DNA of 63,634 nucleotides, the filler included, from Octopus bimaculoides (taxonomy: Eukaryota): the NCBI RefSeq assembly GCF_001194135.2. It is 5 parts of 5 records of this genome, joined end to end, with 100 filler letters (N's around TTAATTAATTAA, not from the genome) between each part and the next. Parts side by side here need not be neighbours in the genome. Positions count along the whole stretch, not along the records: positions 1 to 28,530 come from NC_069001.1; 4 more parts are not named here. One strand, 5' to 3'. Under the pieces are notes generated by a model. It searched no databases. It saw only the letters and a list, made by a program, of their open reading frames with translations, and was not told the DNA's origin. Below, piece by piece: positions 1 through 11,916 of the stretch (position 1 is the stretch's first letter; the number at the start of each line of letters is the position of its first letter). The translations under genes were made by a program, and so were the position numbers.

Positions 1-45
1 ATATATATATATATATATATATATACATATGTATGTGTGTATGTA

Positions 46-262
46 TATGTTTGTGTGTCTGTGTTTGTCCCTCAACATCGCTTGACAACCGATGCTGGTG
101 TGTTTACATCCCCGTCACTTAGCGGTGTGGCAGAAGAGACCGATAAAATACGCACTAGGCTTACAAAGAATAAATCCTGGGGTCGATTTGTTCGACTAAA
201 GGCGGTGCTCCAGCATGGCCACTGTCAAATGACTGACAGAAATAAAAGAGTAAGAGAGAAAA
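46..262 (+). mobile_element. 3' half of a tRNA-derived SINE (family B, with internal microsatellite); 5' half lies before the window
   Basis: Follows (AT)n/(GT)n at 1-60. Its body (...ccccgtcacttagcgg...ggggtcgatttgttcgactaaaggcggtgctccagcatggcc...aaagagtaagagag) recurs at 13885-14062 (+) and 28905-29375 (-). Confidence 0.75.
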
Positions 263-309
263 GAGTATATATACATATAGATTTATATACACATATATAC
301 AAATAATAA

Positions 310-870
310 TAATATTAGGGATAATAATCCAAATTTACAGGTAAAAACTCAGTTAAATTCAAATTATTAAAAATTAAAATTAAATTAAGTTTCACGGTAT
401 AATATATATATATATATATACATATATATAGTTTTAGGGAAAAGAACCAAGGTTCATGAACTCATTGATGAAAATCCACTGTCACATATAGAAAAATTAA
501 TAAAAGCACAATAAATAAGTATAATATAATACAAAGTAAATATCATAAGATAATGATAATAAAACGACTACACGTGTTTCATAACCAATTTTCAAATAGA
601 AAGAATATCTAAATCAATTAAAACTATCGAAAATCAATTCTATTCAAAAATATAGCTAATCTTCAGGTCAAAATACAACAATAATAATAATAAAAGAATG
701 TATATATCAACCAACAATAAATAGCAAATGAATGTATATAAATTATTATATTAAGATAGAAAAATATTATTAAAAGTATCAAAATTATAAACCCACGTCC
801 ATTATAATACAAGCTAACAGGAAAAAAATATGTATTTTGATATTATTTTGATAGTCTCCATCCTATCATG
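310..870 (-). mobile_element. AT-rich non-coding repeat carrying a hammerhead-like motif; probable Penelope-like element terminal region
   Basis: No ORF. Contains CTGAAGA...GAAAC-ACGT-GTA on the minus strand. The PLE assignment is inferred from the known association of minimal hammerheads with PLE termini. Confidence 0.35.
565..670 (-). ncRNA. Putative minimal type I hammerhead ribozyme-like motif with long stem-II insert
   Basis: Minus strand reads gac-CTGAAGA(666-660)-t-tagcta...tggtta-t-GAAA(580-577)-C-ACGT-GTA-gtc. Stem I is gac/gtc, stem II has 6 pairs (2 G.U), and loop 3 is the palindrome ACGT. Confidence 0.5.
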
Positions 871-3125
871 AAATGATTCAATTATAGATGCAAAGTGATC
901 CTGACATCCAAGTTTGCCAAGTATTTTACAGTATCAAAGACCTTCATTAAATCAATGAATACCTGGACAAGATCCATATTCTGCTCATAGCACTTCTGCA
1001 TCTGTCTTGCTGTGAAAATCATATCCATTATCCCTCTACCAGATGAGAAGCCACATTGAGATTCAGATAGGACTTCATTTAGAAGACACCCATTCAGGCA
1101 GGTAAGAAGAATATTTGTCAGAACCTTGCCAGCAGCTGATAGTAGAGCAATACCTCTGTAGTTACCACACATTGTTCTGGCTCCTTTTCCTTTATATAGA
1201 GGAAGAATAATTGCATCCCTCCAGTCCTTAGGGATTGCACCATCCCTCCAGACTGCACTAATAAGTTCAAAAAGGGACTGTATGATGTAATCACCACCAA
1301 ATTGCAAGACCTCAGCACAGATTCCATCCTTTCCAGGTGCCCTGCCAAGATTCAATTTACTTATTGATGTCACTACTTCATCTATTGAGGGCATAGAATT
1401 TAAGGAGCCAATGATAAGTCTTTGTTGCATAGTATCAATCACTATTTTATCCACAACTGACTCGTGGTTTAGTAGTTCAGAGAAGTGTTTGATCCATTAA
1501 CCTGTAATTTCTGTTGATTTAGTAAATAGAGTAGAAGACTCCTTGGAAAGCAAAGGAGCTGATGTGGAGCTCTGAGGCCCATGAACTTGCTTCATAAGAT
1601 GGTAAAGCTTCTTGCTATCATTTGCATCAGCAGCAGTCTGAACATCACATGCAAGATCCTCCTACCAAGGATTCTCCATCTTCCTGAGAGATCACTGCAT
1701 TAGTGATTTTACACTGCTGTAGTGGGCAAGTGCTAGATTTCGTTGCACAGCTGAAAGTCCTCTGTGTAGCAATACATTGTGGGCATGGTGCTTTACAGCC
1801 AATAGTTGCTGAACTTCAGCATCATCTTCATCAAACCAGTCTCTGTGTCTGGCAATAGCATATCCCAGTGTTTCAGCAGCACATTGAAGAACCTGGTCTC
1901 GAAAATCTTCCCATACTGTAGTATTTTCAATGCTGGACAAGCGAGTCTGAAGCTCTTTCCTCAACACAACATCATATATCTTGTGGACATTCAGATGCTG
2001 ATTGACCCTCTTCTCTCTTTCACTCTAATCATCATCTGGAACTTTGCTCGCACCAGATTGAGGTCTGTTCAGCATTCCAATCCATGAAAGGACTTGACAT
2101 TACAAACGTCATATATATCACACTTGCGGATGATGCCAAACTTTAGACCTTGGATGCATCCACGTTGTTGTGTGATCACCTTAGTGCATAAAATGAGTGC
2201 TTGCGATGTAAAGTCCATGTTCATCGCAAAGCTCCAGCAGCATGAGACCATTGCTATTCATTTTCCCTACTCCAAAACGTCCTAGAGAGTTCCATGTTTG
2301 ACAGTCTGTTCCAATCCTGGCATTGAAATTCCCCAGTAGAATGACTTTATCAGAATTGGTGATTTTCCTAAGTATGGCTCTCAGTTGGGTATAAAAAATA
2401 CCTTTATCTTCATCACAGCTAGTCAAAGTGGGTGCATAGGCACTTATTAGAGAAGCAAACCACTTACCTTTCAGGTGCAATCGCAGAGTCATTAGATGTT
2501 TATTTTTTCATTTATAGGAACAGAAATTTCATCCAACTTCTTAAGGATATCAGATCGAACTGCAAAGCCAACACCAGCCTCTCTATGCTCCCTCTTCTGC
2601 CTTCCCTTCCAAAAAAAAAGGTGTATCTACCTCCTACTTCCGCAAGCTGACCATCACCTTCTATATGAGTCACTGAAAGTGCAGCTATGTCAATGTTATA
2701 ATGGTTCAGCTCACAAGCAACAAGTGCAGTGCATCTTTCAGGCCTACAATCACTCTTGTTATCCAACAGAGTGCGCACATTCCAACATGAAATGTTCAAG
2801 TTCTATCCAGATTTTGTAAATAAAAGTCTCTTTGTTTTTTGAGCGCAGGTGGACATCCGTCAGGTATGCTAAACTGACCAGATATAGAAAGACAGGCAAT
2901 TTTTGGTTCACCTTTTCTAGAACCTCCCCAGCCTCCGGGTGAGCAGTGCCCTCTCCAAATGGAGCTGCTCAGACACCTATGCAGCAACCGAATCCTACTG
3001 CTGTCTTGGATGACAAGGAGATGACTTTATATCTAGCATAGGTCGCTTACGTGCAGGTCGCTGATTACCTGTTTCCAACCCATCAGGTCTGCATGCTTCA
3101 CAACTTTCCATCTCAGCAGGACTTC
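870..3125 (-). mobile_element. RTE-clade non-LTR retrotransposon (RTE-1/BovB-like), frameshifted; 5' leader and APE endonuclease present, 3' end missing
   Basis: ORF 2512-2799 (CWNVRTLLD..RPER.TAL) and 2181-2492 (ISAYAPT, LLGNFNARIG) are APE endonuclease. ORF 882-1454 (KAPGKDGI, NYRGIALLS, QCGF..GRG, FIDL.K.FDTV) is RT domains 0-3. The RT breaks off near 880. Confidence 0.9.
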
Positions 3126-3299
3126 CGAATAAAAAGTAAAATAAAATATATACTGAAAATATATACTAAAAATAAAATAAATATATATAGGAAAAAAATA
3201 AGAAAAGGCACATGTCGAGCAAAGGTCAGCAATGCCTGTGCAGAGTTTTAGGTCCAATAAGGCTTGCACAACACCTCATAGACCCTCTCTACTTTATTG

Positions 3300-4790
3300 A
3301 CATTATCCAGACAAGCCAGAACAAGATGTCTGGTGCCAATATGAGTCGCAGGCTCAGGGATGTGGGAGCACCATGATCTCTAGCACAACCTAAAGATCCC
3401 CAAAATGTCCAATGCCATTCCCTGCATATCTGGAAGGAATAAAGCAGGAGGTCTATACCTTCCAAAGGAAGGAATAAATGAGGATGATTCTATTATTAAA
3501 AACAAAAGCAACTTCATACCTTCCAAAGGAAGGAATAAAGCACTGGACGATTTTTGCAACCACATCCAGAGTTTCCATTTTATCCCACCCAAAACCAAGG
3601 TCAAATCAAACTTTAATAGCATAGAATGGAAAAACTTAAGAGACTTACAACAGGACAAAAGCTTTACTATCAAAGAAGCTGACAAAGGTAGTACTGTAGT
3701 CCTAATGAACACAGATTTTTTCAAACACCTAGCACTCTCCCTACTAAACGACAACTCTTTCTATGAAATTATCACCAACTATAAACAACAAAAAACTCTC
3801 AAAAACCTCACCACCCATATACTCCAGCAAGGTCAAGGACTCACGGACAAAGAAAAGGATTACATCACTAATTTCAAATGCAAGCCCAGCCTCTTCTATG
3901 ACCTCCCTAAAATCCATAAGAACAATTCCATCACCGAAGCTTGCAAACTCTCCTCTGACATCTACATCAACATCAAGGCACCGGAAGATTTAAAACTAAG
4001 ACCCATTATAGCAGGCACCTCATGCGAAACACACCACTTAAGCAATTTCCTGGACATTCTTTTGAAACCTTTCCTAAGTCACATCAAAAGTTTCATTAGA
4101 GATGATCTTGACATGCTCAATCACCTCCTGAAAACAACAAACAAGGAGTCACTCTTGGTTTCTTTTGACGTGATCAACCTTTATGCAAATATCCCTCATG
4201 AATATGCTATTGAGGCAATTAAATTCTAGCTGCAGAAACACCCAGAAACATTTCCTAATCGCATCAGCACAACCTTCATTATAGAATCACTTAAGTTCAT
4301 TCTAACCAATAATTACTTCCTGTTTGCAAACATACTTTCACCAAAAATGTGGTATCGCGATGGGTACCAAAGCTGCACCAGTCCTTGCGAACCTCATAAT
4401 GGGTTTTTTTGAATTATCACTATATGAAATCTCACGCCAGAAATTTAGACACCTTTTCCACATCTACTTAATGGATAACTGGAAAAAATACTTGGATGAT
4501 TGTTTCATCATATGGAAGGAATCCTATGAAAAACTTCTAGAATTCAAATCCATACTTAACAACATATATCCCAGCATTCAATTCACTATGGAATTCAGCA
4601 AACATCATCTCCCTTTTCTTGATCTCTTAATTATAAGAACACCTAATAACCAAATCACAACCAACATCTACCACAAACCTACGGACTCACAACAATACCT
4701 CCTTTTCAACTTATGCCACCCAAAACACACCAAGATAAATATCCCCTTCAATTTAGCTAAAAGAATTTGCACCATTGTCTCTGACATGGA
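3300..4790 (+). mobile_element. Penelope-like element reverse transcriptase, pseudogenised and truncated in the thumb region
   Basis: ORFs 3405-4229 and 4324-4790 carry PLE RT motifs: ADKGSTVVLMN, FYDLPKIHK, LRPII, SFDVINLYANIP, GIAMGTKAAP, YLDDCF, PFLD, YHKPT...HPKHTK.NIP. Confidence 0.9.
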
Positions 4791-7543
4791 GCGACAGCGA
4801 CTGTTTATGGGCCAGTGTTTCAAGCCCCAGAGACCACACATGGTGAGGGACTGTGCTGAGATAAAGCCCGAACCTGTTTACTGCCAGTGCAGGTAGACAG
4901 GGCATATTGCTCAAAATTGCATTCAGGGAAAAGACCATGGTGAAATTGCTGCTTCTCAAACTTCCCCTGCAACCAAGTAGAGGTTCTCATGCAGTCGCAA
5001 CTCATAGTTGAAGTCCTAGTCTAAGGAAAGGCATTCAGAACTCTCATGGATACAGGCAGTACAATGTTTGTTGTGAACCTGAGGGTGACAAAAAAATGGA
5101 ACAGTAGAGTGGCGCTGAAACAGGGAACCCCCAATGCTGAAGAACAGACTGAGCTGCTATCAGCATACCTTGAAAGGAGATGCCAGGAGTGAGTTTGAAG
5201 GAAAGGTAGAGAGATGGTTCCTTATCCCATGGAAGGAGGAGGTGAAGAACAGGGTGCTTCCATTAATGGCAATGGTACAGCCAATGAAGGGTGAGGTCAG
5301 GCTGGTACTGGACGTTCAAGAGATGAATGGCCACATGGTTGGCAAGGTGACTGATGTCTGCAGAGAGATGTTGCATGAATGGAGATGGATAACGAGGCAG
5401 CAGCGATTGTCAACTTGAAGTCGGCATATCTGAAGCTCCATGTGAGTGAGAAACTGTAGCAATATCAGCTGATGCAATATAAGGGCCAGACATACTGTTT
5501 GACCAGCCTGGGTTTCGGGCTGAATTTTGCATCAAAGATTATGGCAACAGTACTCAAATCTATCCTGGGAAAAATGGACAAGGTAAAAAAAGGCCACCAA
5601 TTCCTATTTAGATGACATCTTGGTAGATGAGACTGTAGTGTCTGCCACAGAGGTTATAAGTCACCTAAAGAAGTTCAGGCTGACTGTGAAACCACTGGAG
5701 TCAATGGTTGGAGGAGCTGCACTGGAACTGAAGCTTCAAAGAGATAAGACAGGTGCGTTGGTGTTTCAAAGAGGGAATGAGATCCCGGAACTGGGTACCA
5801 GTGTCAACAGATGAGAACTATTCTCGATGTGTGAGAGACTAGTGGGTCACTATCCAATCGCTGGGTGGCTTCAACCAGCATGCAGCTACATCAAGAGATG
5901 AGTAGATGGGGAAAACTGGGGAGACAAAATGGGAGAGAGGATGGTGGTGATGATGCACAAGATCCTAGAGAAGGTAAGAGCAGAAGATCCAGTAAGAGGA
6001 AGCTGGTATGGTATTGGAGAACAGGACCATATGGTGCGATACTAGCAGCATAGCGATAGGGGTTATCCTGGAAATCGGAGTTGTTGAAGTGGAGGATGCA
6101 GCCTGGCTTTGAAAAGCAGATGATGACGACATCAACATGGCTAAGTTGGACACAGTGCTGAAGGGGGTAAATCTGGCCCTGAGATGGGGGCTGCACTCCC
6201 TCGAAATCTGAACCAATTTGGCTACTGAGCTTGGGTGGGTAGGACCAGTGATTACCAATGAAAAGAGAGTTCAAACCAAAGGGGCTGCAGAGATGTTAGT
6301 AAAGTTCCACCTGGGGGTTCAGGGAGAATTAGCGACCAAACTTGGGTTTGAAGCTGAAAGTGATTTTTGTGCCCTCAGAGAGGAATAAGGCTGACGTTCT
6401 AACCAGGGTGAAAAAGATCTGGTTGGCAATGTCAGAAGATTCAGAGTGGGAGATAGCTGCAGTGTGTCAGTATCATATGGGGGTGGATAGAACCCTGTAT
6501 CCTTCCATTCAAAAGGTGGTCAGGAACCAGTAACCTTGCTCCAGGTGTGCATGAGCCAGGAAACATCTTAGTGGAGCACAACTGGAGATGACTGGTGGTG
6601 GATGTGACACACAACTGACAGGGGACATATCTCTCAATGGTCGACTGCAGACTGAGTTGGATGGCCATATAGAGGAAAATGAAAACAGGTACTGCAGATG
6701 AGGTTGCATGTATCCTGAATGATATATTCCTGGAGCAGGGTCCTGTGGACGAATTGCTGATGGACAATGACAAAGCATTTCATTGGGAGATGCTGAAGGA
6801 GATGCTTGACAAGTAGAACATGCACTACTTCTTCAGAATAGCATTACAAGCTGAGTGGAAACGAGATCATGGAAAGACACCATTGCACAATCGAGGCCAT
6901 GGTGGAGAAGGGACACATCTCACCGCTGGAAGCAGTATTCAGGACAGGCAGAGGAGTCCATTCCACACAGAGTGATATTCAGGTGTGAATAGCGGCATCC
7001 ATGTACATCACAACATGCTGTGGAAGAGACGGAGCCTGCCCTTGTGCAGATAGGAGAGGAAGTCTAAGTCAAGCCTCCAAAAGCATGCTGCACACAGAAT
7101 TGTTGCTTCATCGGACAACAAAAATAGAGGAGAGGAAGTGAGTGAAGCTCCATCCCTGTGGAGATCACAGCAAGTGAGATGTCTGCCCAGGTGGGTGGCA
7201 GATTTCAACAAGGAGTGAAGTGAGCAGGTGATTGTTGAGATCAGGGTTGCATGTGGGGACGAGGTGAACTGGAAGGAAAGGGTAGTGATGTCAACAGCCA
7301 AGAAAAGGAAGAGGGAGCAACAAAGCGAGGGAAGCAAGACCAGCATGGTCCTCTTTGGCCTTGAGACAGGGGTGGTGAATGGCTACATGTAGATGTGAGA
7401 GCAAGACAGGGCTTTAGCAATAGCTACTAAGTGACAGGCAAGATGAGTAGAGTATGTCTTAGATTGAACACAGCTGGACAGCTGACACTGAGAGGTAGGT
7501 AAACCATATTTTGTTCCTCACATTACAGTTCCCTCACACTACA
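4791..7543 (+). mobile_element. Ty3/Gypsy-type LTR retrotransposon remnant (gag end-PR-RT-RNaseH-INT), 5' LTR and most of gag absent
   Basis: Cys/His knuckle-like residues at ~4815-4920; protease-like LMDTGS at ~5045-5060; RT ...CLTSLGFGLNFAS...YLDDI at ~5495-5620; RNase H-like segment at ~6030-6250; HHCC-like and integrase core (LLMDNDKAF) at ~6470-6940. Many stops and frameshifts. The domain order fits Gypsy. Confidence 0.8.
7380..7543 (+). repeat. Putative short 3' LTR of the Gypsy-type element
   Basis: Preceded by a purine-rich tract (gagacaggggtggtgaa, 7363-7379), starts with TG, has tgtag at 7388 and ends ...ctaca at 7543. No second LTR copy is present to confirm it. Confidence 0.35.
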
Positions 7544-7779
7544 GAACATAAAACAGGAAGAACATTTGGGCCAGATATGGCCAATTTAAATGCTAAAGGA
7601 TATGTATGTGTGTGTATATACATATGTGTATATGTATGTGTGTGTATATGTTATATATATATGCGTTTTGGTTAATATTAATAGCACCGCCTTGAGAAGA
7701 CATATACATATTTTTTGTGTTGCAGTCATACTTTGGGTACCATAGCTCTTTTAAGTAAAGATCTATCATTTACAGAGAT

Positions 7780-8640
7780 GCATGTGGATACAAGATGGTT
7801 TATTTGGAATTTGTTGAAGGAATCTATCCAGGAACAATTTGAATGTTATAGGTTATTTTTCTTCCCTTATGTATTTTGTTATGACATTAAAGCAAGCAAT
7901 GCCAGTTGAGGTAAAGTACTACCTTAGTGTTGTTATGGGATGTGAGTTTGGTTATTGGCACAGGGACCAAGCCTTGTGTAACTTTTGAAGTTGATGTTAG
8001 CATTATTTGGGCAATGTTATGGAATACTTTCCACATCATACAAATGATATAACATTCACAGAGGCATTGGAGGAAATTGAGTTTGAGTTTCTCAAGCCAA
8101 TTCCAGCAATCAAGACCTGTTATGCCATCCATTTGTTTCTGTAATTGATCTCTGGGGTGCTTCAATTTTTATATTTTGTTTTTATGTTGGGAAACCATAG
8201 AAGACAGCATTTTTCAAAGCAAGAATAGGTGAAGGTAGAGAAGAAAAGGCTAATGGTAGGAGCATCTTTAGACCAGAAAGTCCTAAGGATCTCAGAACAC
8301 ATTCAATGAGCTAAGTCACTGTTTGCTGTTTATGTAGGCATTCTGGCTTAAGTTGTTATTAAAAGTTACTTTGATATTTCAGTAATGTTTAATGCCACAA
8401 GGGTTTCACCAAAAAGGAAGAGTTTGTAGTACCTTAAGAGCATCCTCTATTCCAAAATGGATTAGTTTAGCTGTATACTTTGTTTTTCTGCCTCTGGATA
8501 ATAACAAGCAGATCCAGATGGAGACAAGTCTAGTCTACCACTCTGCCACTGATTTTCAGAAACTTAGACTCATCCACCAAAATTTTTATATTTTCGTGTT
8601 TGACGACATCAATAATGTCATAAATAATACAGTGCATTTT
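7780..8640 (-). mobile_element. CR1/L2-like LINE 3' fragment, highly decayed
   Basis: Minus-strand translation IYDIIDVVKHENIKILVDESKFLKI at ~8635-8560 resembles the RT 'INDI...FADD.K' motif. ORF 7887-8165 (GL..LDCWNWLEKLKL.FLQ...YIICMMWK) resembles the CR1-type C-terminus. Confidence 0.6.
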
Positions 8641-8692
8641 GGGACTCCATTAATGATTTTTGCTTATATATATATCATATAAATATATATAT

Positions 8693-8728
<36 letters not shown>

Positions 8729-8744
8729 TATATATATATGTATC

Positions 8745-11700
8745 ATTATCATCATCATGTTGGCATGGGTTAAACAGTTTGACCAGGGTGGCACGCTAGA
8801 AGGTTGCACCAGACTCCAGTCTAAGTTGGCATGGTTTTCTATGGATGAATGCCCTTCCTAACACCAACCACTCCAACAGTGTAATGGGTGCTTTTACGTG
8901 CCACCAGCATGGGTGCCATTTGTGTGTCACCGATATCTGCTATGACTAATTTTGCTCAGCTTTCTGGGTCTACCTCTACCACAGTTAGAGATCGGCACTT
9001 CTTTACACAGCTGTCTTCGTCCATATGCATCACATGACCATACTAGCGCAGTCGTCCCTCTCTTGCACACCACATCTGATACCTCTGATACCTCACTTTT
9101 CTCTAGAGATGCTTACACTCTGTCGAACATGCACACTGACATTGCACATCCAGCGAAGCTTACAGGCTTCATTTCTTTCAAGCCTATGCATGCTATCAGC
9201 TGTCACAGCCCATGTTTCACTGCCATGCAGCATAGCTGTTCACACACAGGCATCAAACAATCTGCCTTTCACTCTGAGAGAGAGAGTCCCTTTGTTGCCA
9301 GCAGAGGTAGGAGATCTCTAAACTTTGCCCATCTTAATCTTACTCTCACAGCTACACTCTCAGAGCATCCATCACCACTACTAACTTGCTCACTTAGATA
9401 ATGGAAGCTATCTATTAGTTTGCACTCCTGACAGTTGCTGGAGTCTATTTTCAGCCCATTTCAGCATTTATTGTACCTGTGCATCTTTTGCATACAAAAG
9501 CTAGTTTCCCTGTTAAACTTCTCCTGATATTGCTGCACCTTTTATGCGTCCAAAGCTTACGCTGGGTGCATCTTATGGAGTTCTACCTAGACCTTTTCTA
9601 CAGATTGAGCAGGGCTATCTACCTTCAAGGAGATGTGATTTGCCTGCTTTCCTACTTATTAAGACTTTGGTTTTTGCTAGGTTAACTCCAAGGCTCTTTG
9701 ATTTTAGACCTTGCTTCCATACTTGGAACTTCTCTCTCTAGTTCAGGTAGTGATTCAGCTATAAAAGCAAGGTTATCAGCATAGAGGAGCTCCCAGGATC
9801 AGACTGTCTTGAATTCCTCTGTTATTGCCTGGAGGACTATGACGAACAAGAGGGGGCTGAGCACCAATCCTTGGTGAACCCCTACTTGTACCCTGAATTC
9901 TTCGCTGTACTCATTGTCAATCCTCACCTTACTGACAGCATCCCTGTACATAGCTTGTACAGCTCTTATCAACCACTCATCTATCCCTAGATTCCCCATT
10001 GACCACCGATAAAGGATCAGGGGATCCTGCCAAACGCTTTTTCCAAATCAACAAAGGCCAAGTACAGAGGTTTATCTTTGGCTATGTATTTCTCCTGCAG
10101 CTGCCTCACCAGAAATATAGCATCAGTGGTGCTTCTCCCTGGCACAAAACCAACTGCATCTCATCTAATCTAACTCTCTCCCTAATTAGTTGGGCTATGA
10201 CTCTCTCCGTGACCTTCATCACCTGATTCAGTAATCTGATACCTCTGTAATTATTTCTATCCAAGGCATCATCTTTACCTTTGTAGCAGTTGACTATGGT
10301 GCTGCTACACCAGTCACTGGGTATGACTCCTTCATGAACCACCTTATTTACAATACGGGTGACTAGACCAAAACCCATTCCACCAGATACTTTAAATATC
10401 TCAGTGGAGATTCCTGATGGGCCAGGTGCTTTTCCTGTCTTCATATCCTTAATTGCTTTATCTACCATGGAACTGTCAATTTGGGTAACTAGTCCCTCAA
10501 TTGGGTCAACATTTGGCAGACTCTCCTCCTCCTTCCATTCATTCTCCATGTTCAGCAGTCTTTCATAATGGCATTTCCAAGCCTCTTTCTTCATAGAATC
10601 ATTACATGCAAGTGCACCATCATCCATGCAGACACATTTCTCTCCTATGGCATCACGATTTTCTCTCACACACTGTCTTGCAATCTGAAACACTTCAGTC
10701 CTTTGGTCCTCACATCACTGAACATAGGCAAACTTCTTCATTTCTGCTTCTCCCTTGGCTAGTTATACTTGTCTCCTAGCATCCCTTTTGGCAATCTGAT
10801 ACAGTACCCTGCTACCCCTATTCTTCCAGGTCTGCTTCTTAGCTCTAATGGCCCTGTCTACCACATCGTTCCACCACTACGTTACCCTAAGACTGGACTT
10901 TGCATGAGCCACAGATTTGGTCTGTAGTACTTAGCAAGCTGTCCCTCAGGAATTCTCAGTTGCCCTCTATGTCACAAGTCTGTAGTTCCTCCTCCCTTTC
11001 ATCGAATTTCTCAATTAAGATGTCCCTAAATCTCCAACCATATGAAGAGTCTTTAAGTTTCCAAATCCTTCTTTTTCAGATTGGTTTATGTCTTGGCATC
11101 CTTCTGGCCTGGCATCTAACATCAGTAATGTCTAGGGGGGGGGGGGTACATTCTTCACCAGGGAAGGTCTTTGTATTTAGGAGCAACCATGCAGCATGCT
11201 GTTTGGTAAGAATGTAATCGATGTAAGGTGGCGAGCTGGCAGAAATGTTAGCATGCCGGGCGAAATGCTTAACGGTATTTTGTCTGCCGTTACATTCTGA
11301 GTTCAAATTCTGCTGAGGTCAACTTTGCCTTTCATCCTTTCGGAGTTGATTAAATAAGTACCAGTTATGCACTGGGTCGATATGATCGACTTGATCCATT
11401 TGTCTGTCCTTGTTTGTCCCCTCTGTGTGTAGCCCCTTGTGGGCAGTAAAGAAATAAGAATGTAATTGATTTGGCTAGCACAGACACCTAATCGGTAGGT
11501 TATCAGGTGGTTGGCTGGCTTCCTGAAGTTCATGTTGCAGATCAAAAGGTTATTTGCATCACAGAACTCCAGTAGCCTTGGACCCCATGCACACCATGGA
11601 AGATACCAGGCTGCAGTCTGATATTCCCATTGAAATCCTCAGCCACAAAGTGGAGATCATTGTAAATCGTCTTTGAGGTAGCTTGCAGAAGAATTTCATA

Positions 11701-11895
11701 AAAGTAGTCTTTCTGTTCATATGGTAGGCCCACTTCAGGGGCATAGGCAGTGATAATTGTCACTATACTGTTCTGTAAGACTAGCCTAAGCTTGAGCACT
11801 ATATCACCTTTCTGGTTACCTCTATGATTTTATCCATCCATTTCTCTCCAAGAAGTATGCCCCTGCCACCTACCCATTACTGTTACCTTCCCAGA
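8745..11895 (-). mobile_element. RTE-clade LINE (second family), endonuclease to 3' tail, interrupted by a SINE
   Basis: Endonuclease fragments at 11542-11799 (TAYAP, DFNGNI). RT ORFs 10106-10693 (KAPGPSGI, NYRGIRLL) and 9799-9999 (GVHQG.VLSPLLF), followed by a YADN-like motif. The 3' tail at 8745-8940 ends in (GAT)n on the minus strand. Confidence 0.88.
11225..11454 (+). mobile_element. tRNA-derived SINE family A with 16-bp target-site duplication, nested in the RTE LINE
   Basis: A-box-like tggcagaaatgttag, B-box gagttcaaattc, conserved core tttgcctttcatcctttcggagttgat. TSD taagaatgtaat(c/t)gat at 11207-11222 and 11455-11470. Confidence 0.9.
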
Positions 11896-11916
11896 AGATA
11901 TATATATATATATATA

